A program made the position numbers and the translations under genes. Below the pieces are notes generated by a model that worked only from the letters and a program-made list of their open reading frames with translations, had not been told where the DNA came from and made no database searches. A stretch of DNA of 63,249 nt, filler included, from Collodictyon triciliatum (lineage: Eukaryota), in assembly GCA_043381765.1 (NCBI GenBank). It is 10 parts of 10 records of this genome, joined end to end, with 100 filler letters (N's around TTAATTAATTAA, not from the genome) between each part and the next. Parts side by side here need not be neighbours in the genome. Positions count along the whole stretch, not along the records: positions 50,700 to 56,924 come from JBHJMP010004628.1; positions 57,025 to 63,249 come from JBHJMP010004629.1; 8 more parts are not named here. One strand, written 5' to 3'. Below, in pieces: positions 51,271 through 62,177 of this stretch; within the stretch, counting starts at the first letter, position 1; each line of letters opens with the position of its first letter.

Positions 51271-52229
51271 TAGAACAATAACCACCGATCAACTCAAGAT
51301 CAAGCAAAACAAAAAATTACTCAGAAACAAAGCTTTTTTTCCATTTTAAACAAAACACAAAGTGCAATCCTCAATAACAAAAGTCGTTTTAATTTTGTCA
51401 GAAAGACAAAAGAGTTCATCGAGAGTGGAGTGGCCTGTCAGACGCGGGCAAAGAAAAGTAAAAATAAAAGACACAAACGCAGGCAAAAGATGAGATCTTT
51501 CGACGAAACTTTCTATGAATAGCTTCATCCTTGCTTTGCATAGTCCCGTATCATGTTACTCACCAAACAAAGCTAAAGACTATTCTGGAAACTCATCTAC
51601 ATATCCAAATAACTACGTATTTCAACTATTCCTTTATTCTGCGTAGGTTTTTTGAGGCTCTTGCTTTTTGAAATTGATTGCCGGCTCAAAAAGTTGGAAA
51701 TGACCTGTCACGAAGCCTTCCTGTTGCGGATAATTGTTGGCTGCGCATCCATATAATGCGAACTTTCGATATTCCCGTGTTTTTTGTTTTGTTTATTTCT
51801 TCCATCATCTGAGCTTTAGCTAAACTATTTTAATGTTATTAATGCTAATTTAAAGCGAATTCTAGCCCCATGCCGTGCAGCTTGTGACACTTTCTGGGGG
51901 CGTGGTGGTGATTGAATATCTGGTTACCGTGCTGCCCATATCACCCTCACTTCGATGGATTTTGCGCAGGCGCAGACTTTATGTACATCTCCTTGATGTT
52001 CCGTCTTTACTTTCAGGTTGTTTATTTTGATCTGTGTGTCATTCGATTCTGATACACCTTTTATTTTTATAGAATTCACATTTTTTTAGTGGAAAATTTA
52101 ATATCTCGTTCACATATTGACTGCACTCGCTTTTTGAATTATTTTCCATTAAGTGATACTATTATCAAAATAAAATGCCACGAAGATAATCCAGGGTTGA
52201 ATACTAAGCTCTTCATCTTCTGACTTGCG

Positions 52230-52760
52230 CTGGGGGCAACGTTGTAGTCCAGCTGGCATGGGACAGCGTCTGACCTGCGCGAACGTGGTTCGAACCGCAC
52301 AGGGCGCGTGGTGTGTGTGATTCTGGCCCTGTATCACGCATTCCCTGAGTCCTCCTCCTGCGCCTTCGGTTATACCCAATCCAGGGCAGACGGGGTGTGC
52401 TTCCCGGACAACAGAGCACACCCCACAACATCTCGAAGAAAATGACGTCACCAACAGAGTGCTTCCTTGAGAGAGGAATGAGATACCATATCTACGCCGA
52501 ACCTCGACCCCACAAAAACACACCCCAACAGAATTATCCCCCCTCTATTCCATGTCTGCCCTTCTTGGAAAACCCCCCATGCCCCCCACACACCCCTTTG
52601 TAAGACCCTGGCCACAGGCCAAACCGCAGGATGCAATCCTGAGTACCGACTACTTCTCCGCCGCACGGCCAACAAGTGGCGCCCATACAACCGATGGCTA
52701 GCGAACCGAAGCAAACATCCACACGGTCCTGCACAAAATTGAAAGGAAGAATAAAAAAAA
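52230..52760 (+). mobile_element. Candidate tRNA-derived SINE-like element
   Basis: A-box-like TAGTCCAGCTGG (52245-52256), anticodon-arm-like GCGT-CTGACCT-GCGC, B-box GGTTCGAACC (52287-52296), GC-rich body and an A-rich tail with AATAAA. Confidence 0.35.
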
Positions 52761-53089
52761 ATATAATATCACCGATATTTTGAATGAAAAGTATTTGCTA
52801 TTTTTAATTACTTTCATGAATCAATTTATTTAGTCACAATAATATCAAACAAAATGTTGTAAGCTCATCCATTGATATGAGCAAGAGTGCTTGCATATTG
52901 AGAGATTTATTCATACTATGATTATTGACTTATGTAGTTGGTTTACGTTTATGTATTTCTGAATTAAACGACAATAATTTGAGAATGATACGTTTAATAT
53001 TAGATAACTAAACCAACATCTTCTTGGTTATAAAAGCATATACAAAATTTTCTACAAACATTTGAACAATTTTCTATTTTATTACTAGA

Positions 53090-55084
53090 ATGACATGGAA
53101 TTCAATGTCTTTTGCAGTCGTCTTGCTATTGGGTGTGTTATTAATTTTTATGATTTTCATGTTTTCTTATTGAACCAAACGCATGAAACTTATTTTGAAT
53201 ACATTTTTAGGATGAATAATCTGCAACCCAGTGTTATGTTAAAGGACAAGACTACTTGATTCGCACATTGCTAGGACACTCTAATCACAGTCGAAGAGTA
53301 GCTGTTTCTTCTGATGGTGCGAAAGCTGTTTCTGGAAGCAACGATGAAACAATAAAAATCTGCAATCTTTCTGATGTAACTTTCATTCGCACATTGAGTG
53401 GTCATACTGATGCTGTTTGTAGCGTTGTTGTCTCTTCTGACGGCTCAAAAATTGTTTCTGGAAGTATGATAATACAATCAAAACTTGGAACCTTTCTAAT
53501 GGAGCTTTGGTTCTCACATTTACTGGTCATACTCATAACGTATTTGGTGTTGTTGTTTCTCCTCATGGTTAAAAAATTGGATCTGGAAGTCGAGATACAA
53601 CGATTAAAATTTGGGGCATATCTGAGATGGCTCTTCAATTCCGTTCAAAGAGCAAGTCCCGCTCCAACCTCAACCTCAATCTTAATATCAATCCCAAGAT
53701 GAATACCAATATCAACTCAATTCTCATATCAATCTCAGTTCGAGTCCCAATTCTAATCTCCTCCAGAGTCTCCTGCCATTCGCTCTGTAGAATGATATGA
53801 AAAGAAAAACTCGGAGAATTTTGGATTCGAGGTGGAGATTTATAAAGGCATCGCAGTGATTTCAGTGCCATTCTGCCGTACACCAAAAACCCCGGAGAAG
53901 TGCCATGGCAGCTTCATTCTTACATACAAGTTTGATGGGATATCCGGTTTGTAAATTGGACTTAGCAAAATCAAGAATCCGTTCCTCAATCTAGACAATA
54001 TGTTTGACTTCAACATAATTTTGAATGCGCACTATCTGATAGTCTCTGCAACGAAGTTAAAGTACATAAACACTGAAATCGGTGTTTTAGTTTTTTACAC
54101 ATGGAACGCAGGGCAAGATGCGTTCGTCAAAGACTCCATCATCTGCTACAGAAATACATCGAAGAATTTCCAACTCGGTGCTGCCATCTCAAATGTCAAC
54201 ACCATTGTAGCCATAGGAATGCATGTATATGACCATTCTGGAGTTGCCACAAACACCGGATGTGCACACATATACAAAAGGATGGACAATGGCGGATGGG
54301 GCACGAGAGTCACCATTACTGCTCCGAACCCAAAGCTGAATGACCGCTTCGGCCAGTCCGTGCCCCTTGGAAGCGTAACAATATTGGCGGTATCCAACAA
54401 TCCCGAGACAGTTTTCGACCAAATTGTGTTTGTCAATGAATTCAAGGACAGATAATGGAAGGTTTCATAGACCAACACTGACGCCAACGAGCTCGGATTT
54501 GGATGGGTTATTGAGTTCAATGCAAACGTCTCTATGTTTCCGCTGTGAATGACGGGAGCATTGCCACGAACACCGGGTCGATTCTGAGCTACACTCTGAA
54601 TGACGATGGCCAATATGCGTTTGCATCCACAATCAAGCCAAATACTGTCGTTGCTGGGAAGCATTTTGGATTCAGCTTCAGCTTTTCTACGGATGGAGAC
54701 CGACTTGCTGCGGGAGCAAAGCCCTGTGCAAATGGGTAAGCCTGCAACATCAAGGGTTTGTTACCTGATTTCCGTTGATTTTTTTTGTATTTACTTTTCT
54801 CTTGCACACTAGCTCAATTATATTCCCGTCGCATAAGTTCGATGCATTTGTTCACAAAGAGTGGGAATGATTGGAGCGAATACTACTATGTGGAGTCTCC
54901 GGTATCCGACGGCTCTGATGCGTATGGATTTGATGTCGATCTTGAGGAAAGCAATATCCTGGTCTCTGCTCCATATGACAGCAGCGCTTCGCAGAAGGGA
55001 AAGGTCTACTTCATCAAGAAGCAAAACTACCTCTCTCTTGATTACTTTCTTGATGCCTTCATCATACACAACACAGCCAGATGA
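53090..55084 (+). pseudogene. Pseudogene: signal-peptide-like exon, WD40 repeats, S/T/P stalk, FG-GAP (integrin-alpha-type) propeller repeats
   Basis: WD40 units resemble those at 44373-46285 (IRTLSGHTDAVCSVVVSSDGSKIVSGS), with a 1-nt frameshift near 53467 and an in-frame TAA. Then SPAPTSTS..., ENFGFEVEI, DRFGQSV, HFGFSFSFSTDGDRLAAGA and DAYGFDVDL...LVSAPYDSSASQKGKVYF, with further stops. Confidence 0.8.
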
Positions 55085-55400
55085 ACCCATGATAACAAAA
55101 AGAGAAGAGAAAAGAAGAGAAAAGAAGAGAAAAGAAGAGAAAAGAAGAGAAAAGAAGAGAAAAGAAGAGAAAAGAAGAGAAAAGAAGAGAAAAGAAGAGA
55201 AAAGAAAAGAAAAGAAAAAAGGATTCAATAAGTAATTAACATCAGTGCTAATATTTTAGTGGTTTTATTCTGTTTTCGCGGAGTATCCATGTGGTAAAAA
55301 AGCATAGGTCTGCTTGAAAAAAACCCAGAGAATCCCTCCATCTATAACGACTATTGTCAGAAAACATATATTAATATCTATTTTAATATTACTTACTTTC

Positions 55401-56924
55401 TTAAGCTGATGTTTTCTTTCTCCACTCAGCTGCTTTTTCAGTGTCCTTCTCAACGCCCCATCCATTTTCATAGCACTCAGCCATCATTTGAGCCTGGAAC
55501 TTTGTGAACTTACCCTGCTCACAATAGGCAGCAAAGCCCGCATCAAAGGAAGCAGCACCGATTGAAAGTAGGAGAGATTTGTTGAATTGATTCAATCCTG
55601 TGGCATTACTGATTTGGATGTTTCCACCTTGCAGCTTTCTTGGGCCGATAATCTGGACTGTCTTCGCATCTTGGACTCTGATGGTATCAATCATATTCAT
55701 CGCATCACTTGTTCTGTTGAATACAGCAATTAAGTGGTCTGGCTTTTCTTTCTTGACTAGGTATTTTCCTTGGGTGTAGGTCACTTCTGGTTTTTGCATG
55801 CTGTACGTTTGGTTTCCATTTGCTACATCCCAAATACGTATAGTGTTATCATAACTTCCAGAAACCAGCCAATTTTCACCATTCGGTCCTTGAATACTAC
55901 AAATATTTATCACAGTACTTGTATGGCCTTCTAATAATTGGATTTGGTTTCCTGTGGCTACGTCCCAAATACGTATTGTTTCATCCTGACTTCCCGAAGC
56001 CAACCAATTTTCACCATTCGGCCCTTTAATACTGCAAACACTGTTGACTTCGCTTGTATGGCCTTCTAATAATTGGATTTGATTTCCCGTGACTACGTCC
56101 CAGATACGTATTGTTTTATCATGACTCCCAGAAGCTAACCAATTTTCCCCATTAAATCCTCGAATACTGCAAACACCCATGACAGGACTTGTATGGCCTT
56201 CTAATGTTTTGATTTGGTTTCCTGTGGCTACATCCCAAATACATATTTTTTTATCATAACTTCCAGAAGCCAACCAATTCTCACCATTCGGCCCTTTAAT
56301 ATTGCTAACACAACTGACATCTCTTGCATGTCCCTCTAATTTTTGGATTTGGTTTCCTGTGGCCATATCCCAAATACGAATTGTATTATCACGACTTCCA
56401 GATGCAAGCCAACTTTCACCACCCGGTCTTTGAATACTGCAAACGCTTTTGACATAGCCTGTATGACCCTCTAATGTTTTGATATCTTTTCCAATTCCTA
56501 AATTCCAAATACGTATTGTCTTATCCTGACTTCCAGAAGCCAACCAACTTTCACCATTCGGTCCTCGAATACTGCAAACACAATTGACATCCCTTGAATG
56601 TCCCACTAATGTCTTGACATGACTTCCTGTCGCTACATCCCAGAGACTTATTGTTTTTGACTCACTTCCAGAAGCCAGCCAACTTTCACCATTCGGTCCT
56701 TGAATACTGCAAACGCTATAAACAAAATCTGTATGGCCTTGCAATTTATCATAAGGAATTCCAAATTTCACACTATTCATATTTGCATTATCAAATTCGC
56801 AATCACCAAGCATCGAATTCGTAAAATCAACACCATCCAAGTTAGCACCAGTGAAATTGGCTCCATCAATCATTGAATTACTGAGATTCGCATTCGGAAT
56901 TTTAATGTTTGATAGATCCATACC
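55401..56924 (-). CDS. Pentapeptide-repeat, 7x 45-aa highly conserved WD40, Sel1-like C-terminus; 5'-truncated, NLR/STAND-like architecture
   Basis: Intronless ORF: DLSNIKIPNANLSNSMIDGANFTGANLDGVDF...VKFG; seven GH...SVCSIxGPNGExWLASGSxDxTIRIWD units; QISNATGLNQFNKSLLLSIGA; AQMMAECYENGWGVEKDTEKAAEWRKK. Confidence 0.9.
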   Translation of the reverse strand, partial: GMDLSNIKIPNANLSNSMIDGANFTGANLDGVDFTNSMLGDCEFDNANMNSVKFGIPYDKLQGHTDFVYSVCSIQGPNGESWLASGSESKTISLWDVATGSHVKTLVGHSRDVNCVCSIRGPNGESWLASGSQDKTIRIWNLGIGKDIKTLEGHTGYVKSVCSIQRPGGESWLASGSRDNTIRIWDMATGNQIQKLEGHARDVSCVSNIKGPNGENWLASGSYDKKICIWDVATGNQIKTLEGHTSPVMGVCSIRGFNGENWLASGSHDKTIRIWDVVTGNQIQLLEGHTSEVNSVCSIKGPNGENWLASGSQDETIRIWDVATGNQIQLLEGHTSTVINICSIQGPNGENWLVSGSYDNTIRIWDVANGNQTYSMQKPEVTYTQGKYLVKKEKPDHLIAVFNRTSDAMNMIDTIRVQDAKTVQIIGPRKLQGGNIQISNATGLNQFNKSLLLSIGAASFDAGFAAYCEQGKFTKFQAQMMAECYENGWGVEKDTEKAAEWRKKTSA

Positions 56925-57024
56925 NNNNNNNNNNNNNNNNNNNNNNNNNNNNNNNNNNNNNNNNNNNNTTAATTAATTAANNNNNNNNNNNNNNNNNNNN
57001 NNNNNNNNNNNNNNNNNNNNNNNN

Positions 57025-57616
57025 GATTCCAAACTCCAATCCAGAGCACGTCCAGGTGAGTAGTGGGAAATAGAATAAAAAAATTCCAAGAATGCCATAC
57101 TTTCCAAAATTCTCAAGGAATAATTATGACGCATTTTGTGTTTGGTAAATAACAGAACATGGTGGACATGGGCCTAGAGATGGTAGACGTGATAAACTCT
57201 TTACCAGAAATCGAAGGCATGCGTGTGAACCTCCGACTTGGCGTTCATTGCGGGCCTGTTATCGGCGGTATGGTCGGGCTCAGTAAAATGGTAAGACTCA
57301 AGGTTGCAAGTTGAATTCATGTTGATTAAACAGTCGTATATTGAAAGGCGTTTCAAACCAAATTTCCAAATGATTCTGTGACAAATAGGTTTTTGATGTT
57401 TGGGGAATGAGCGTAAACATCGCATCTAAGATGGAGTCTAACGGAAAACCAGGATTTTTGAACATTTCGAAGGATTGCCGAGAACGACTCAGAGATGGAG
57501 ACTACAACTTTACACCAAGAGATGAAAAATTGGTGTACGAAGATTGCAATATCGAAATGTTCATCGCTGAGCGTTTAGTGAAGCATCCACAGACCGTCCC
57601 TCCGAATGGTTGGTGA
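57025..57616 (+). CDS. Class III adenylyl/guanylyl cyclase catalytic domain, C-terminal part (5'-partial)
   Basis: Exons 57025-57055, 57156-57290 and 57389-57616: LRLGVHCGPVIGGMVGLSKM|VFDVWGMSVNIASKMESNGKPG. Confidence 0.92.
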
Positions 57617-57829
57617 AATAATACAAAGTGGCCTTTCTCAAAACTACGATGAGTTTTTAAATAAAAAGACAGCGCCAGGAATATTGTTTTAATTAAAATT
57701 GCGTTTTTTAAATTATACTGATTACAAAATAAAATCCATGAGATGTGACTTCACTTTATCTTCAAATCCATGTTTGATTCTATGAGAGAAGGGGAAATAC
57801 TTCATTAAAGAATACCAATAGACAAACAT

Positions 57830-58760
57830 GCTTTATATCGACGCATGGGACTAACACAAAAATGGAGTGCCTCGACTAGCAAATTTCTTATATTGGCTAG
57901 GCCTTGTGCTTGCATGAAAGAGACAAGGCGGGGTTGAATCTCTTTCTCAGCCTCTTTCCACATGTCTCTTCTCACAGGGTCTGACTAATAAAGAACGTGC
58001 AGGTGGCGAAGGAAGCTGTTGAGGAAAGAGACTTGTATGATGTCATTCAGCCTATTATCATGAATGGGTGGCTGGTTGTTGAGTCTTGCTTTGCGTGAGT
58101 ATATGCGTGTTATCCACATAGTCCATAGCAAATGACCTCGCGTCACTGCCCGGAATGTTTTTGCCTCTGGACGCAGCTGTTGCAGAGGTCCAAATATCCC
58201 CTGGATTGGGCCAACGGCTGCAGCCGTCTTGAGTGTCAGTCGAATAATCTCACCGGCTGTTTTGCGCAGGTTTTGAGCGAAGGGACATTGCACAAATGTG
58301 TTTTCAATCGATTCATCACGGTTGCTGTAAAGTGTGCATTGTCGGGAGACTTTGCCAGATTTTGCCGCGCGTGTGCCTATCCATAGCTCCCTATTGGCGA
58401 TATTAACATCAGAAAGCGATAGATTTGGAAGGACTTGCGGGGTTCGTGCTTGTCTCCAGCTCGCGGTGAGCGGGGTATGGGTGGTGCCTTTGAAGTGGGT
58501 TGCAAGGCAGTCAGCGACAAAGTAGAAGAGAAGTGGGGCTAGATGGCAGTCTTGGTAGAAGCCGCTTTGTCTTTTGGTTTCATCTGTAGGGCTGTGTGCG
58601 GTCAGAACCCTAGTTGTGGCATTGTCCTGCAGCTTCCTGATAAGTTTGGTGAACTTGAAGCAGAATCCTCGCTTTTTTAAGATGATTTCTAAGGCTTCAT
58701 GGTTCGCATAGTCGTATACTTTTTCAAGGTCATAGAATCGTACCGACACACTTGATTCAT
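57830..58760 (-). mobile_element. Degenerate non-LTR retrotransposon (L1/Tx1-like RT plus zf-RVT) with internal deletion
   Basis: DLEKVYD..NHEAL..IL...GF and SGFYQDCHLAPLLF (cf. G.RQGCPLSPLLF), then no YADD, jumping to C...ESIENTFVQCPFA and LWTMWITR. Confidence 0.85.
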
Positions 58761-59499
58761 TTCCATCGACTTCGTATTGCGACTGAGCTTTATGTTCCCA
58801 ATTTATGCACGGCCATGACATCAGTTATCGCGGATTAACTCATAGAAAAGAAATCTGAAATCTTTCCGTGTATCATAAAAATAAAACATTTATTGCATCG
58901 GATCAATCAAAAAAAAAAAAAACCTCTCACCAGAAAAAAAACATCACATGAATTATTCTTAGGCAATGGCAAAAAAATTAACCATGGAAAATAAAAAAGC
59001 GATTGTTTTAGAAAGAATATATGGATGGAAAACTATTAGAAAATTTCATCATAAAACTTGCACTCGTATTGTCCATTTCTTTAGTAGATTGCTATGCGTA
59101 GTTTATTGTGTCACAGAATAAGGAGCGAGAGAGAGAAATACTTTGAGATATACACCCGTTTGTTTGCCATTCGATTGCGCACGAATTTTGAAGGAAGTTG
59201 GTTAGGGTACATGATGCATTCGTACATTAATAAATAACCATACGTGGTCGCCAGTCTTTCACATGAAATGAGTTTACTTTGGTTGGTGTGATGTTGAAAG
59301 CAATCGCCTCGAATAATATGGAACAATCAGACCAATAGTGATTGCTATTGGGATGAGGACATAGGTCGACGGTGACGGGGATGCTCGGCTGGGCGCGCAT
59401 AACGACCATGCCTTTTATACAAAGACGGTTTGTTCCACGAATCTTACTACCAATTTGGTTGTGTTTTTGTTTTCGGTGGGTCGGCAAAATGGTTAAAAA

Positions 59500-61732
59500 C
59501 AACTCATGGAGATGATTACCTGAACGATAAATCTTGTGAGTCTCTCTTTCAAAGCTGCAAGTGTGGATACATTCTTTCCCGAGTTTGGTTCGGGCGTAGG
59601 GTCAGAGCGATTTGAGACATCATTCAAGTCGGCAGAAAAGATATCTTTGCCAGCCGAGGGAGACTTAGGCTCCTCTCTTTCAAAGCATCGGCTTGTATGG
59701 GCATCAGGTGCAGTTTGATTGGAATCCTGATGTCCATCAGAGCTTGATGAACAATCACACTCCGGTCCAGCATGCATCTGCTCCTCTGTGTCTAGGAAGG
59801 TCATCACACTCCCAATCTCAGGCACCTCTCCAAACTTTGCGAGAAGCAGCTCTTCTGATAACGACTTTGAGAATTTGAGACGTGTTTTAACGATAGGCGT
59901 ACGTATATGGCAAAGAGAGATATAATATAGTTATATATGGTTGCAAAGTACCGCTGCAATATCTGTTGTTTGAAGCATGCCACTTCGAAGCCGATTGAAC
60001 ATATCAATATGAAAAGGGTATATTTAGATATCATAAAAGGATAATATTTTCGAACGGAAAACCATTTATTAATCGGATATATGTAAAGTACAGTTGTGCA
60101 TTGAGTTGCTCGATATTCTGCTCTGCTTCGTACATCCTCGCATGAAACAGGAATAACGACTCCGTCGATTTTTCTGAATTCATCAGATTCATGAGACATC
60201 AGTTGTAGTTGAGACAATAAAAAAAAAAAAAGGATTGCAAAGAGACACCTTTTAATGCTTTAATTTCCTTGTCTTTCAAGGCGATTAATTCTTTCATTTG
60301 TGCATTTTCCTCGTTCAACTGCATGGTAATGTCAACAATTCAACTCATCATTCAGTAAGCATGTTCACGACATATAAAAACTAGTGGTGGCCAGTTGAAA
60401 AAATATTCTGGATTATACTGTTACAAGTTTAACTTTGGGAAAACAAGGAATTTTTAAAGTTCATGGAATTATAACCATTCTAATTTCTTCGTCAAATTGG
60501 ATATTCGATTGCAATGCACTTCGCAATTGGCCTTCTAGCTGGCTGATTCGATTCAGGTCCAATTCACTTCTATGTACTCTTTTGTTCATATTATCCAAGG
60601 TGTCTTGATAAAAATAAAATATTAGAAGAATAAAAGAATACATTTATGTAGAAAAGAAAATATTTGATAAAATTGCATGGACAACATGACATTTAAGGGC
60701 AATATGACTGTCTGCAGACCCACCTTTCTGCATTTCAATAGTCCTGGTATGATTCTTGTTTTGCTCGCGTATCAGATTGAACTTGGCAAAAAGCGCCATG
60801 GATTGGTCTCTCTGCTCGTTTAACTATGCAAAAATTAAAAAGAATATACATTTAGCAAATCGATGGTGAGTTTTCAAGGTAATTGGTAAAATTTATGTCA
60901 CTTGATAATCAGGCTTTAGATTGAAAGTAATAACCTCTGAAAGCAGAGCCACATTTTCCCTTCTCAGTTCACTTATTTGTTCGCATTCCTGTCACGAAGG
61001 TTTAAAAAAAAGCACCATATTATGTTGTGAGAGACAAAAATCAGTTGGCTATTAGCGCGATTGTGTCTTTGAAAAAAATCTCACTTTTTTGACACAAACT
61101 GTCGAAAGAATATTTATAAGAATTACTTTCTCCAACTTCTGAATGCGAAAGCCCATTTTCAGTATCGCCTGGTTCTGAGAAATTCGGATATCCTCTGTTT
61201 GCGCTAGAAGGGCGTCGTTTCTATTCAATTTCTGTATATTTTGTGAAGTTGGTTATAAGACAGACTAATGAAAAGGATATAATCATTATGACAAAGCAGC
61301 AGTTCAGTAAAACAGAATAATAAGCTTGTTATACATGAATAAAAACGCTCCCACAAAGGAAATGAACATCAAAGAAGCCTACATCGAAAAGTTGATTGTT
61401 TTCTGTTCGAAGATTTTCGAGCTGACCTTCCTTCTCACGAATGATACGGGATTGAAACAATATCTAAACTCGTTTTGTGTATTCAAAAATAAGACGAGGG
61501 AATTTTTTGCAAGGAAATATAATATTGAACATTCACAAACTTGTACCAAAAAAAAAGCTGAGTATTAGAAACGACGAATGAAATAAATTAACTCGTAATA
61601 ACCTCCTCTTGGAGAATGAAACACTGGTCTTGTAATTGTCGGTTCTTTTGGAGCAGCGCAAATCCGACCTCTTATTATTGAGTTCAGATTGATGATGATG
61701 ATGATGATGATAATAATAATAATAATAATAAG

Positions 61733-61785
<53 letters not shown>

Positions 61786-62177
61786 GATAATGATAATAGT
61801 TGCAAAGTTGAATCCGGGGATGCAATCATATAAAGATGAAATCATCAGAGGAGTAAAGAAATATTTTTAAGCGTTAGGATCTCGACTGAATCGACGGTTC
61901 GTGTTGCGCAGATAAGTAGACGTAGGTTGAGAAAAAAAACGGACAAAAGAAGTTTCACTCATGCCATAGAAAACAAACTATGTATTTAAGAAAAACCTGC
62001 GGCAAGTCTAGATTCTCGTATTTTTTCATCCAACTCATTCTGCAAAGAAAGCATTTGGCTATGTGGACCGGCGTTATGCTGTTCAACTAAACAATGGGAT
62101 ATTTTAAAAAGGCTGCTTGTCTGCACCGGAGGCGCTTTGATTACCGAGCGTTCCTTTCTGTTCTTATTGTCTTTCAT
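59500..62177 (-). CDS. Multi-exon coiled-coil protein with CC1-box (AAxxG) and Spindly-like motifs; termini approximate
   Basis: About 11 exons join in phase: LDEKIRESRLAA|EVGFALLQKNRQLQDQ, then heptad-rich exons, then TTDIAA|SLSEELLLAKF. Confidence 0.75.
61690..61797 (+). repeat. (ATG/ATA)n intronic trinucleotide repeat
   Basis: Compound GAT/AAT array in an intron; source of the poly-H/Y/I ORFs. Confidence 0.9.

Noticed and set aside
53560-54475. Ciliate-type code (TAA/TAG = Gln), suggested by in-frame stops where Gln would fit (PHG*KI, GL*IG, DR*WKVS*T)
   Set aside because: The same region also has frameshifts, and intact genes end in TAA, TAG and TGA, including one on this contig. Ordinary pseudogene decay (e.g. 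C-to-T) explains it.
38231-56924. Roco plus WD40 genes as a physically linked immune gene cluster
   Set aside because: They are on three separate contigs; only the WD40/FG-GAP pseudogene and the pentapeptide-WD40 gene are truly adjacent.
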